Source: Bispira polyomma (taxonomy: Eukaryota). From it: a stretch of DNA of 64,000 nucleotides. The translations under genes and the position numbers were made by a program. The notes under the pieces are model-generated. The model ran no database searches. It saw only the letters and a list, made by a program, of their open reading frames with translations, and was not told the origin of the DNA. The stretch is taken from assembly GCA_965649765.1 (NCBI GenBank), contig OZ287751.1, positions 83,390,001 to 83,454,000 of the forward strand, given 5' to 3'. Positions 25,461 to 38,510 of the stretch are shown one piece after another (the stretch's first letter is position 1; every line of letters starts with the position of its first letter).

Positions 25461-28400
25461 AAACTAAACTTGACAAGAGTCGCTTTTAAAAAAGACACAG
25501 GCGCACACCCTACAAATATTAATCTGACACCCCTTAGTTTGGACGGGTTGATTGCTTCCAATCAATCCGTGAAGGCCTAACATATTAGTTCTATGATGGC
25601 GGCGCCCCTTAAGAAAGATGGCGGCAACAATATCAGACTGTGCCTGATAAAAAAAACCTAGCTAGCTTTATTATATTATACCCCCACAATGCATATATCT
25701 ACATATTAGGACACACTACAAACAAACCGTGCTATTTTCTTTATCTTCACTATTACTATTACTACGATGTAGTAGCATGAAAATTCTTTTTTCACTATTA
25801 CTAGCACTACAATGTGGTAGCATGACAATCTGTTACTGACATTTACATCCCTTAATCAACTCGGTTTGTTCACAATCACCTGGCTTCATGACAAGACAAT
25901 TGCGAATACCCAAACCAACAACTACCAGACTCAAGGAGGCCTCATTATTTCACCAGAAAAAAGTGTGTAGAAAAATGCACCACGTGTACTTTTTTTGGTA
26001 AGTGATGATATCTTGATCGAGCAGGAAAAAAAGATGCCATATATAGTTTTTTTTGTTACATGCAAAGTTGGTGCATGCAAACAACAGTGGTATATGAACT
26101 ACCTTCATATATTGTGGTTAATTATTGCGAAGCCCTTCCACATTAATCATTTTTACATCGTTGTATGTCATTTCATTATCTGAAAACACTCTTTGTAATT
26201 TTAGGGAATCACAGGAAAAGTCCAATAATGCTAACACCTTTAATGATGGAAAATTAACAAATTAACTTCAATTTTTTTTTGCTTACAGGTGAAGAACATC
26301 TGTGGTCTGGGAAAGCTATAGTATGGAAAACCATACATTATGAGAGATTACAAGAACTAGATGTAATCCAATCATTATGGTCGTGTTAGTGACCAATTTA
26401 TCTAATCCCAATAGTATGCAAATTTAATGCATGTTTCAAATCATCAATTACTTTAATGTATATATATTCCTGACCTAAAACCCCAAACTGGCGCAGGGAT
26501 ATTTTTATATGAGAACTTTTTGACAAGGAAGAAGGTAGTTGACACAATGATGTTAGCGAGTCCACATAATTTACAGGTCAGTCTTAGAAGTACAAAACTT
26601 CAGAAAAATGTATCTCATGTTAACCTAATAGTACCTACTTTTGTGCCAAACAAATAACAGTAAATCTAGTTTAAGTGTTATAAAGCACCTCAACCAAATG
26701 TTTATACAACATACTATTGTTTACATGTTTTATCAGGTTAACTCTAAAACAAGAATATATTATAAACAAAAAAATAAATAATTATTTAATTCCTGCTCTC
26801 AGTATTATTTAAGTAAAAAAACTCTTAATCAAATAACTTCTGCCGTTTATGTATAGTTAAATTACAAGATTATCAACTAGCTCAAATTGAACTCTTGATC
26901 TCAAGACAGACTTCTGAGCATAAACAATCATATAAAAATCTGAGTTCATAATGTAAAAAGTAAGTTGGTAAAAGAAGGTAAATTATTAGTGAAAGCAACA
27001 CACACGACACCACAAAAGTACTATGACGTCACCAATGAACCAGGCGAGCATGAAATGTAACCGAGTTTCGTGCTTGGGTCAAATTCCTACACTGGGGAGG
27101 TGTCAATTCCAACGTTTGAAGGGGACTGTAAAAAACATCAATATTACAAGGAGAAAAGCTATTGTACTTGGACACTTGGCCAGTTAAGTTCTATGTTCTC
27201 TTTGGTGTCAAAGGATTTATTCTACAAATCTTCATAAAAACAGAGAATCCTATGTCAATTGCCATTTCGTGTAACACTAATTACAACATGGTCGTTTTTA
27301 TAGATAAAAACCAAACTTATTGTCAGATTAAGATAATGAAAAGACTTTAAATTTTGTGGCTACATAGTGAATAAGGAATTGTCCTATTCTTAGTATATTG
27401 GCTAAGGGAGTATTAGTTTTCACGTCTTGTAAATGGGACTGGGTTTGTTTTTGTTCACACTTTGTGTGGGCTGTTGTTATTGATGTATAATAGGTTAGCA
27501 ACAAGCCTTAAATCACCCTACTTATTAGTTCTACTTAAAGACTTATCTATTAAGTGACCACGACTGAATGTGTTTTCTTTTTTTCTTTTATGAAATCATA
27601 AATTGTGTTGGTTCTGCATTCAGATGCAAAACATAACGCATAAGTATTCCCCCTTATGTTATTGTGATATTGTTCATCCATATCATTGCTATCTGTTCTG
27701 TATTTCTGGGTGGTGGTACCATTAGGTACTAGATTGCTTCTCTGGGCTTTAACTAATTTTTAGACAATTTTAAATATGTATACAATAAGAACTTCACTTA
27801 AACTGGTAGGTGAAGGCGCCTGTTTTCTTTGTTTATGCCATATTAAAAAAGTATTCATAAGTTTTGAAAGGATACAATTTTTTTTATATTTCATTGTTCA
27901 GGATAATTTACAACCTATTTTGTAAATAACACTGCATAATAACCACTCTCAGATATAAATGTTCACCTTGACAGGTAGTACTAATATATACTAGTATATC
28001 TAATGTATAGATTTAACACAGTACTCTCTCCACTGTTACAGTCCTATAACAGCTGCACTTTCTAGACCACTTTCAAAATTCTGTGTATCTTTTTCATATA
28101 TTCAGTGAATTTAGTACATTAAATATACAACCATCTTTTAAGTGTGGCCTTATGAAAATAACATAATTATTAAATATATAAAGTGGATATAAAAATTAAT
28201 ATCTTACAACTTGTAAATAAAAAAATAAGAAATAAAATGGGCACTCTGGCGTTCTTTATTTGTTCTACTTATTACTTGATATTAAATAAGTTTGATTCCA
28301 GCCAATTCCAATTTGTCTTTTTTTTTCTTCTATTGCCAAGCCACTGATTCACGAATCTTAAAAAGATACCACATTTCTGCATTAACCTACTTGAAATCAT

Positions 28401-29924
28401 TGACTTGCACCAGTGAGCCGCCATGTTCAGTTTAATCTTATTGTCAATTTAGTTTGTTTTGAAGTCACGTGTGTCGGTCAGGTTTAGGCGTCCACATCTC
28501 ACATTTGACTAAAACCGCATGGGCTTGGTGTAGATATGTCATGGTGTAATGAAGGCAATTTTATCTGCATTATTTGCTGTATGGAAGATGGTATGACTTA
28601 ATTAGCTGATCTGAAGTCAGAGATAAAGCAAAACTTTGCCTTTTTGGACTATGGAACTTTGGTATGTTTCTTTAGTCAACCAGTAGAACAAACATGGTTT
28701 TAAAGTATTTCCATTTTAAGAAGTGTTTGGTATATATATATATATATGTGTGTGTAACTACTCTGTGCATGCTGTGCACTAATAGGCATTATAACAACAT
28801 GTAAAAAACAAGAACTGGTAGTCATAGATTATCTGAAAGAGTATCTTGCCTAAGGTGACCTTAATGCAATTCTGTAAGTACAATGTAGACATGTCTATTA
28901 TATGCATAGTCCAAACCTTTATAAAATTATGGGGTGCCACAATCTGTTTGACAATTACTGGCCTCTCATCATTGTGAGTTCGAATCTTGGTTGTACCTTG
29001 ATGTGGAAAAGTTTGTTAGGTACTAGCCGTAGGTTGGTGGTTTACAGTGCTTCTGCACCGGTTTGTTCCACTGTTAATAATGTTGAAAGCATTGTAAAAC
29101 ACAACTAAGTTCAACCTCATGGAATAATCTTCAAAAAGACTAATATTATTTATACAGTAAAACTACTCATTTTACTCCCAACTCTAAAACACAACCTTAT
29201 TATTATCTTAATAGTAACTAACTTGATTTCCATTCAAATATATAAAATCTTGACAAAAATACTGACTAAAACTTAAAATGTGGATATTAGTTTTTGATGT
29301 TATGATAATGCAAACTTTCTGCCTCAGAATAAATGTGTATCTGAAAACGAAAGTGTAAGATTTTTTTGATAAGCACATTGAGTCTTGTGTATATATACAG
29401 AGACCTTTAACACAGAAATGTGAATGCAAAGAGATATAAATGTCTAGGTCAAGTCATCATTAAGAGCCAGGCATGCTGTGAGCTGCATCTTCTTAATGCA
29501 ATAATTTATAGACAATTATAGTTGGTTGATCAGTACATAGAGAGTTGTTTATTGTTGTGGTGTGTTATTTTATATGGTCCATTTATTACATTCCCAAGAG
29601 GAGCTGGTGTTATGCAAAGAAATGATGGCTGCAGTGAACACACGGTATGTCTTGTTTATAGGCAAATATTTGGGTAGCTGTTTCTACTGGAATGATATGA
29701 TTATATCAACATTGGAGTGCTAAAGGTATAAAGTAAATGCTAAAACATATATATACACTGGTAATATCTCATGATCATGTGAGAATTAGTTATAAAGCTA
29801 GCAATTCCCACACAGGCCACCAAAAATGCATAACATTGCTGCGTTAATTTGTTGGTGATGGTCTGCATCCTTAGTGTGCAGTCGTCGGGAAAAAAACAAC
29901 AACAAAAGGGGCCTTTAAAATGAC

Positions 29925-30250
29925 ATAATTGAAGAGAAGATTACACGACCCAGGACACACAGATGGTACAGCCATGAGACCACAGTATTGAGACAAGGAT
30001 AGGAGAAATTGTACAACAAATGCCGGAGATTGTAGGAATAACCAATGACAAAGCTCGGTATACGGTCATTTTTACCACGATTGGAGGCGTAGTAACACGA
30101 AGGCGTGATTTTGAAGGAACTATATCTACTGGGGATCCAGTACAATTTTGGTGAACTTTGTCTATTTCCGTTTATTGGTATACGGGTAATTTTACCGAGG
30201 CTGTCGGCCAATCAGAATCGCCGACACTGCCGTGTCATGTTAGAATAACG
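29925..30250. mobile_element. Non-autonomous DNA element remnant, possibly Crypton-like
   Basis: CpG-rich island ending GGCCAATCAGAATCGCC...GTCATGTTAGAAT. The family call rests on recalled resemblance only. Confidence 0.3.
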
Positions 30251-30532
30251 GTTATTGCATGACAGTCATACTTTGAGACATTAATCTAATTTGTATGATG
30301 ACATTGTCACTTCGTTGTCTCTTTCATGTCTGCCGCTTGGTCAATTACTGTTGCCTCACTGTGGCCTACTTTCATTGGTTTTGGTGACAATAGAAAAAAA
30401 TATATGTTGCCACATCATCAACGTGACAGGACGATGACTTCAAAGATGAATCAGTAAAGCGACTGCCGACACATTGCGTACTCAAAGTCATGTCATGCCG
30501 CAGAATTTTAACATTTTCTGAAATTTTGTGCC

Positions 30533-30847
30533 ACAACAATCTTCTCATTGTTTCACTTCCTTTCAATATGAGGACATGGTTTTAGCGTCAGAAATAAACT
30601 TACATTTGTACCATAATCAATAGTGTTATCAAAACAACAATCACAACACAACAATCTTCTCATAGTTCCCCTTCCTTTCAATATAAGGACATGGTTTTAG
30701 CGTCAGAAATAAACTTACATTTGTACCATAATCAATAGTGTTATCAACACATCAATCTTCTCATAGTTCCCCTTCCTTTCAAAATGAAGACATGGTTTTC
30801 ACTTCAGAAATAAACTTACATTTGTACCATAATCTGGTGTTATCAAC
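30533..30847. repeat. Tandem array, 3 x ~101-115 bp
   Basis: CAATCTTCTCA recurs at 30537, 30652 and 30753, with shared GACATGGTTTT...GAAATAAACTTACATTTGTACCATAATC. Confidence 0.92.
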
Positions 30848-31407
30848 TTTGTTACTTTTTGTTGACTTAATAATTGATTCTGATGTTACAGCAGGTGCTT
30901 CAGATAATACCAAACTTGTCACAGATCTAACACATAATTTTACCAATACATCCAACTATATTGAGTAATCTATGTAGCAGAATCTATGTATGTATGTACT
31001 AAGCTTTTAAAGGACTATGCCTTCAGAAGAACATATATTTGTGTATTTGTACATTGAGATTGTCAAGAAAGGTCTGATATTGGACTTTGATGCATACTAA
31101 AATGGGTTATACATGAGGTGGCGAAATATTGCACAATCAACTATCAATTTGAAAATTGCAAAATTTAAGAGATGTGGTGTAATGTCATATGGTCGTGGAG
31201 GCGGTTAATAAGGCCATTTGCAGCCAACAGGGGACCTATAATGTGCAGAATTCAATACCATTTACTTAGAGTGACCTCTATATAAATATAATCTATAGGG
31301 CCTCTACTATATGGAATGGTGGTACTGTGAAAGGTAAGGAGTAGTTTGTGTGTCTGTGTATGTCTTAACGTGTGGGTGTCTCTGAGTCCACCTGTGTGAG
31401 TCACTTA

Positions 31408-31914
31408 AGGCATTTCTTTAGGACGATCTTTTTCTGGAAGCGGAACCTGCACCAAAAACCTCTTCCAAAAAAAGAAGCAATAAGAAGCAAACGGAAGTAG
31501 ACTACAAAGAAATGTAAACATGGCTGTTTTCGAAATGTATGTTTCAAAATACCATAAAATGGTACTGAAATATTATGGTAATAGGAAAGCAAAAAATACT
31601 TATTCTAACAGAGATATAAATATATATTCGTAACATATACACATATTTATCATCTAATTGGTCTCATTTGAGTAGAGTTAGTTTCTGCATTGTATATCCT
31701 AAAACTACAAAAAAGTGACTTTCAAATATAAACCTACCTCTCCACCAACCTAACTTCAGGGTTTGTTCACGTGACCTATGCATTCTGTATTCACTTCCGA
31801 AATGCATAGGAATGCTTCTGAAAACAGAATAGCTCCCCCAAAAAATGATAAGAATAAGTATTCCGTTTTCAGAATGAATATTCTGTTTTCAGAAGATGCT
31901 AAAGAAATGCGCCT
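31408..31914. mobile_element. MITE with short TIRs inside a TG-rich microsatellite
   Basis: AGGCATTTCTTTAG ... CTAAAGAAATGCGCCT with TA on both sides. TG-rich sequence at ~31345-31400 resumes at ~31917-32100. Confidence 0.6.
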
Positions 31915-33019
31915 TATGTGTGTGTCTGTATGTATGTGTATCTCTCTGTGTATGTCTCCATGTGTGGGTGTGTCTGGGCCCCCTATGTAAGTCTATGTCT
32001 GTACATGTGTATCTCTCTGTGTATGTCTTAATATGTGAGTGTGTCTGAGTCCCTCTGTCTGAGTCTATGTGCATATGTGCCCCCCCTCCCTCTGTGTCTG
32101 TCAGACTGGTCAGTTGTTTCTAATGGAGAGGTTAATGATATATAGAAAAGTGGTACAGACTGGACTACTAATGGGAGAGATCTCAGTCGCTACTAGTAAT
32201 TACTGGCCACCCACTCCTAATTACACTACTGATGGGCAAATTGGGAGTAATTCAAACCATTCACAGAAAACCATTCCCATAAACCTCAAGTGGTCTTCTC
32301 ACATACACACACAGTTTGTACAATTGGTCTTCAATATGTGCAAGCTTCACACATAAAGATAAGGGTAGCCTGATTAATATACCTAAAATTTTGTATTCAA
32401 AGTCTTCTAGGTTTTTTTTCTATGTTTCAGTTACAGTGTCCCAAAGACCACGAGTTGCTCAAGTCAACTCAAACTGAGATTAAGGTGACGACACAAAGAC
32501 TGTGGACTGTATAAATGATGTCAGAGGGAGGAATTTATTCAAATCTGAATTCTTGCCATTGTTCTTAAAGCTTCTGTACATTTTGGTGTGTGTTGTTTAC
32601 TGGTCAATACCATTTTCTCTATATCCATACTGACTAATTGAGTTCTTTTAGAGTTAATATACATATGAATTGGAACCAGATAGGATCATGGTTTTCACAA
32701 TGCATTTGCTTGAAACAATGTGCTATTTGAAACCATGCTCAACTTGTGCAGTAACAGGACTCTAATTTCAGTTTTATAAGAGAAAAATGTTTTTTTTTAC
32801 AACTGATGTCATGTATAAGATACACCACTATACAATCTAGGTGAAACTCATGTGACCAAACAAGGTATACAACTTGTCTATAAACTGTTATCTATACCAG
32901 CTTTACTTTACACGACACAAACCAACTGGTTACAAAACTGAATACAAACTTATTAGCCAAATCTGTTATGCTATGCAAAATACAGACTTATATTCCATTT
33001 GAAAAAAAAACACCTATGT

Positions 33020-33245
33020 AGGGCACTCAGTAGAGTGCATAATTCTGCCAAAGCAAAGCAATAAAACAAAAAAAAAATAATCCTCAATCTGGGGCAAAAT
33101 TTCATAGATTCTTGGCCCATGCCTCATCTCTCTACACGTCTTTTTATGATACTACGGTTCTGTAGTATTTGTGTAAGCCCTTTGACGAAACCATTACAAA
33201 ACCAATAGATATGAGTGATAAACATAACCTCTTTGGCACAGTTCA
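33020..33245 (+). mobile_element. Helentron/HINE-like non-autonomous element, family 1
   Basis: GCACTCAGTAGAGTGCATA..CTGCCAA start and AACATAACCTCTTTGGC end (subterminal inverted motif). Copies at ~35497-35776(-) and ~39908-40094(-), partial copies at ~13165-13195(-) and ~2938-2975(+). The repeat is clear; the classification is inference. Confidence 0.55.
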
Positions 33246-36200
33246 ATAGGTAACCTAAACTACTGCACAAGCCGGTGAAAATCCTAATGATCAAATGACA
33301 CCCAGTGCCAAATACACGTAATAAATGTTAAGACTCTGCAGTTCCTAAACATTAGCCATTCTTAATAGGCCTTACTCAGAAACACTATATGTGCATTGTT
33401 TATAGTATTTTATGGCATCATAATACAGCTTTTAAAGTGATGCTCCCTGCTCACTGGCTGGTGTGTCACTGAAATATAAGGTTTCCTATTGTGAATCTGA
33501 TATCCCAGAAACAATGTCTCAGTGAAGGACTACATTGTGTGTCTGTGAATAAGACACTTGGGTTTCTACTTTGAATAACACTAACCCCTTATGCTTGTAT
33601 TTAAAAGCGACTTATATTTCTGTAACGGTGAAGCCAAAATCCTCTAAAAAGTGTAGCATCTGGTAGGGCCCTGTTCTAAAAAACCCTACTAAATAGTAGT
33701 AAATATATAGTAGGCAATTAACGACTAGTAGCTTATGAAGTAGTATACTTGGTATTGGCCTGTAAAATACATGTATCGTCAAACTTGCTATTACCGATCA
33801 CTTTCTATTATCAATCAGGAACAAAATAACCATTTATACTGGGCCATGTGACTATCATTTGGCGTTTAACATTTGGCATTTCAATATATATAATAAACTT
33901 TATTTATCTCCAACAAAAATTATTTAAAGAAGAGGTCAAACAAGGGATTTAATTGTTAAAATATATTTAATATATTATTCCGCTTACGTGATCGATAAGT
34001 GGAGGCACGAGTATACTATGCCACTATAATCTAATCAGAAATAAGAAATTTAGCTGGCAGTTACATGTACTGTCATTCCAGTGGTAGGCTAAAGAAGCTT
34101 TGGAAGGTTGATAAATGAACATCCTCAAGCCCCTGTGTTTAGATAGGGAAATAACCTTTATTGATACTGGTTGGCAAGTAATACTGTCCTTGGGTAGTCA
34201 AGAAAAGGTTCATTAGAGCTTTGAATGGCAGACAATGGAAGATAAATGAACAGTACTCTAAATGTGAATATGAAACACTATCTAAAGACACAATACATTA
34301 TAGCCAATGTAGTTGAAAAAAGACACCCCTGTGTCACTCATTGAGAGTAGGCTGAAGGGGGGTATCGCCCTTTGTACAGTAAGCATTCTAAAAGTAACTT
34401 AAAGTATGGTTCTTCTGAAAAGTGAGACATTTCTTGTTTTCTTTTTGCTCAACTGCCATCCCATATCCATCGTAACCGTACTTAGTAGACATGTGTAAGT
34501 TGTCATCTTTTGTTATTAACTCTTTTATGTGAAATGGAGGTTTGGTGTAGAATGTATATGTAATATGGTATAGTGAATGGCATCAGTAAACTATTGCTTA
34601 CAACGTAGACAATAATTTGACAATTTGGTTTTAGTAAAAAAATATGTTTTAACATTTTATCAACAACAGACTACTAAAGTAAGATAAAGGTCAGTGAAGA
34701 CAGTGTGTGTATGTTTTGCAAAAATATATCTTGAGACGACTACACATCTCTTCTCTGAATGTGTGAAAGTTTCCCAATTCTGACTTAAGGTTCATCATTG
34801 GATCACCAACTAGTGGTACTATAAGTATAAACTTTAGGACTTCTGTCAACATATCAGGTTACCATGAAAATGATATAAAGTTTTGGCCATTAAACTTTAT
34901 AATTCTTGTCACAAAGAGATACATTTTCTGGTGTTCTATTTATGAGCTCAACATATATCTGCTGCAAAAAAAAAAGAAGTAAAAAAAGTATCAGTGGAGC
35001 ATTAATTCCTACCAAAATCAAATTAATAATAGATACAAATACTGATTAAATTAGTAAACTATTTTTAGTAAGTTATAAAAAACATCCAAGCTTAAAAAGT
35101 AAATATTAAATTGTATTTTAATGTTGTTTTGTATGCAAATTGTACATATGTACACATTGTACATATTTGTTATTTTGTTATTGTAAAAAAACCCACAATC
35201 AAAAATCTAAGTCTTAGGATTTAGGCAGTAAGCTGTGATCTGTGTGTCACTGACACTTGCACATGGCAAGGGGCATTGGAGTTAGGGTGTATTAGCATTT
35301 GGATTATGCAAAAGCACAATTATCAGGAAACGAAATCTACATGAACAGTTAAGCTAGGGTATCTTTGTGGAAATGTCTTATATATGAAGAGTTCTACAGT
35401 TTGAATGTGTAAACAATGGAAGTTGTGAAGCTGCATACCAATACAACTAACTGACACACTACAGTGATACTAAAAAATTATTATAAATACTATAGTATTC
35501 ACCTCTGCACAAGAGGTTATGATTCAGCCTAGTACATGTTTGTTTCTTTCCTTCTCCGCAAGATTATACAGAATCTACTGAACTGATTTACATGGTATTA
35601 TTTGGAGGATGGAAGTGGTACAGACTAAGAAAGCCTGGTCATCGATTGTGGTGCTATAGAAGTAAAACATTAACATAAGATTTCCAATAACAATGGATCT
35701 GAGTAGAAGGGTAGATCTAGAAACTTTTTGGCACTGGGGGCTCTGGCGTAGGTATGTACTCTACTGAGTGTACTTGGTGGTTTTACTTTTGATTTTCTTT
35801 AAACACAACACACTATATCATATTTTTTTTTGTGGAATCCCAGTACTTTAGACCTTTTGTTATTGATTTTACTAATTGTCAATGAGCACCATTTAACTGA
35901 ATAATTTATGTTTAAGACAAAGGTGTCAGAGTGTATATTATCAGGTGCAGCCTGATATTGATTTCATTCTGAAAAGGTAAGTCCTTCTTGACAACTCAGA
36001 TCACACCACAGTCATAAACAATTCATAACCTGGCTTTACATGATGGTTAAGTACCGGTCCAAACCACTGACTAACTGTCTGATGACATGATGTACTAGTT
36101 AAGGCAAGCTCTCCTATTGGCTTTCGAATGGCAGCACAGCTACTAAATATAGAAACAATGTTATAAATACACTTTCACAAATCTATTTTTATCAGGCCTA

Positions 36201-36251
36201 GTATTGCCGCCATGTTGGAAATAATATGTTAGGCCTTCATAGATTGGAAAC

Positions 36252-36596
36252 AATTGACCCTGCTGAACTGAGGGGTGTCGGCCATATTGTGCGCCAATGT
36301 CTTTCTTATAAGAAAACTCTCATTGACCCTGCTAAATTGAGGGATTTCGGCCACATTGTGCGCTGATGTCTTTATTAAAAGAAAACTCTAATTGACCCGG
36401 CCAAACTAAGGGGTGTCGGCCACATTGTGCGCCAATGTCTTTCTTATAAGAAAACTTCAATTGACCCCACCAAACTGAGGGGTGTCGGCCACATTGTGCA
36501 CCGATATCTTTCTTAAACAAAAACTCCAATTGACCCCGCCAAACTGAGGGGTTTTTGCCACATTGTCTGCCGATGTCTTTCTTAAAAGAAAACTCT
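36252..36596. repeat. Tandem array, 5 x 69 bp, inside a family-2 element
   Basis: TTGACC recurs at 36254, 36323, 36392, 36461 and 36530. Confidence 0.95.
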
Positions 36597-36847
36597 TGGT
36601 AATGTCTGTCACGTTCTTCAGCCTGCCACTGGCAATAGCACCCTAAGACAGAGGACCACCATTCTAATATGACCATCCAAATCTGGCCAACTACAAAAAC
36701 AGAATGTAGCTCTTCTGCCTTTTAAAGCACAAGTGTGACCCATTTGGAATTCAATGGTAGATTAATAGGATGACATAAAATGATTTTGCAATGCATATAG
36801 GTCTAAGATATGTGCTGGTAACACATGTTTTAACATGTAAATATATA

Positions 36848-38510
36848 TCTAATCTAATCTAATCTAATCTAATCTAGTCGTACTTTTATAGCGCTTAATC
36901 TTTGTACAACAAATTCTAAGACGCAACAAACCCAAAACGTTAATCAAAAATCAAAATAGTGGGCGGATGGAAGTCGTAACCAGGGAGACTACCGTAAATG
37001 GTTGCGACGGCTAAGGTGGAAAAGCCTGTTCAAAAAGATAGGCCTTCAGCTTACTCCTGAAAGAGGAGAAAGTTTGAGCCAGGCGAACATGATCAGGTAG
37101 GATGTTCCAAATGAGGGGCCATCATGAGCTAGGCAGTGATTGAACTGAACTTTGGATTTGTGGATGCGAGGGTCAAAAGTGGGAATGTTAAGGTATAATT
37201 TATCAGGGTTATTGCGCCTTGTCCTGACTGAGCATGTATATTTGGATAGATGGGGGCTAAAATAAGTGGGTAATCCAGAATTTAGAAACTTATATATTAT
37301 TGTTGCTGTTTTGAAATCAACACGATATTTTATTGGGAACTAGTGCAGTGACTTGAGTACAGGAGTAATGTGGGAAAATTTAGATGTTTTGGTCACAATA
37401 CGTGCCAATGAGTGTTGGATATTCTGAAGGCGTCTGAGATCACTATGAGATAAGGAACAGAACAGAGAGTTGCAGTAATCAAGCCTGCTGCTGACCAAAG
37501 CATTGGCAACAGTGATTGCAGTGGATTTGGAAAGATAGCATCGAATCTGCCAGAAATCACGGAGGCCAACAAAACATGATCTACATTCAGAGTCGAACAC
37601 CACACCCAGGTTTCGTACTTTGTCAGCTGGAAAAAACCTGCTGCCAAGAATGTCAAGTGGAAAACAACTGGACAATTTTTCCCGTTGCGACTTGGAGCCA
37701 AACAAAATAAACTCAGTGTTCTCAGGGTTCAGCTTGAGTTTATTTGCTGCCATCCAGTATTGTACATCAACAAGGCAGTTCTGTAAGGAAGTGAAAGCTA
37801 CCTAGGCAGAGTCAGGTGCAAGGTGGATGTACAGTTGGGTATCATCAGTATAGAAGTGAAAGTTTATGTTTTTGTATGCAGCAATAATCTTGCTGAGTGG
37901 AGTGGTGTACATGGAAAACAAAATGGGACCCAGGACGGAACCTTGGGGAACACCAAATTTTAACCATGTTGGGTTGGATAAGATATTGCCAATTTTGACT
38001 GATTGGAATCTATCAGATAAATATGCCATGAACCACTTAAGCGCCATACCGCTGATACCGAACCAAGACGATAGGCACTCAAGAAGAACTTCGTGATCAA
38101 TAGTATCAAAGGCTGCTGACAGATCCAGCAGTACTAAGGCAGTAGGCATACCTTTGGATAAAGATGTATGAACATCATTTTTGATGCAGAGAAGTGCAGT
38201 CTCAGTAGAATGACCACTTTTGTACGCTGACTGATACTTATTGGACAGATTGCTGACGTCAACATGTTGTTTGATCTGCAAGGCAACCGCGCGTTCTACC
38301 AACTTAGAGATATAGCAAAGGCCTGAGACAGGACAGTAAATTTTCAAGTTAGCCTTTGGAAGAGAAGGTTTTTTTTATTAAAGGAGTGACAATAGCCTTT
38401 TTAAAATCATCTGGAAAGACGCCATTTATCAACGAGAGGTTGATAAGTTTTGTGATTGAGGGCAATAAAATGTCAATACATTCTTTGACAAGGAATGTGG
38501 GCCACGGATA
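36848..38510 (-). mobile_element. 5'-truncated L2/CR1-group LINE (RT domain, 3' UTR, (TTAGA)n tail)
   Basis: HSTETAL, LLDLSAAFDTIDH, GVPQGSVLGPILF, FYTDDTQLY, LKLNPENTE, SRLDYCNSL, HITPVLKSLH. L2-type 3' stem-loop and tandem tail at 36848-36876. Confidence 0.93.

Noticed and set aside
26289-26392. Possible exon after a TTTTGCTTACAG acceptor
   Set aside because: Short, ends in a stop, no recognisable homology or partner exon.
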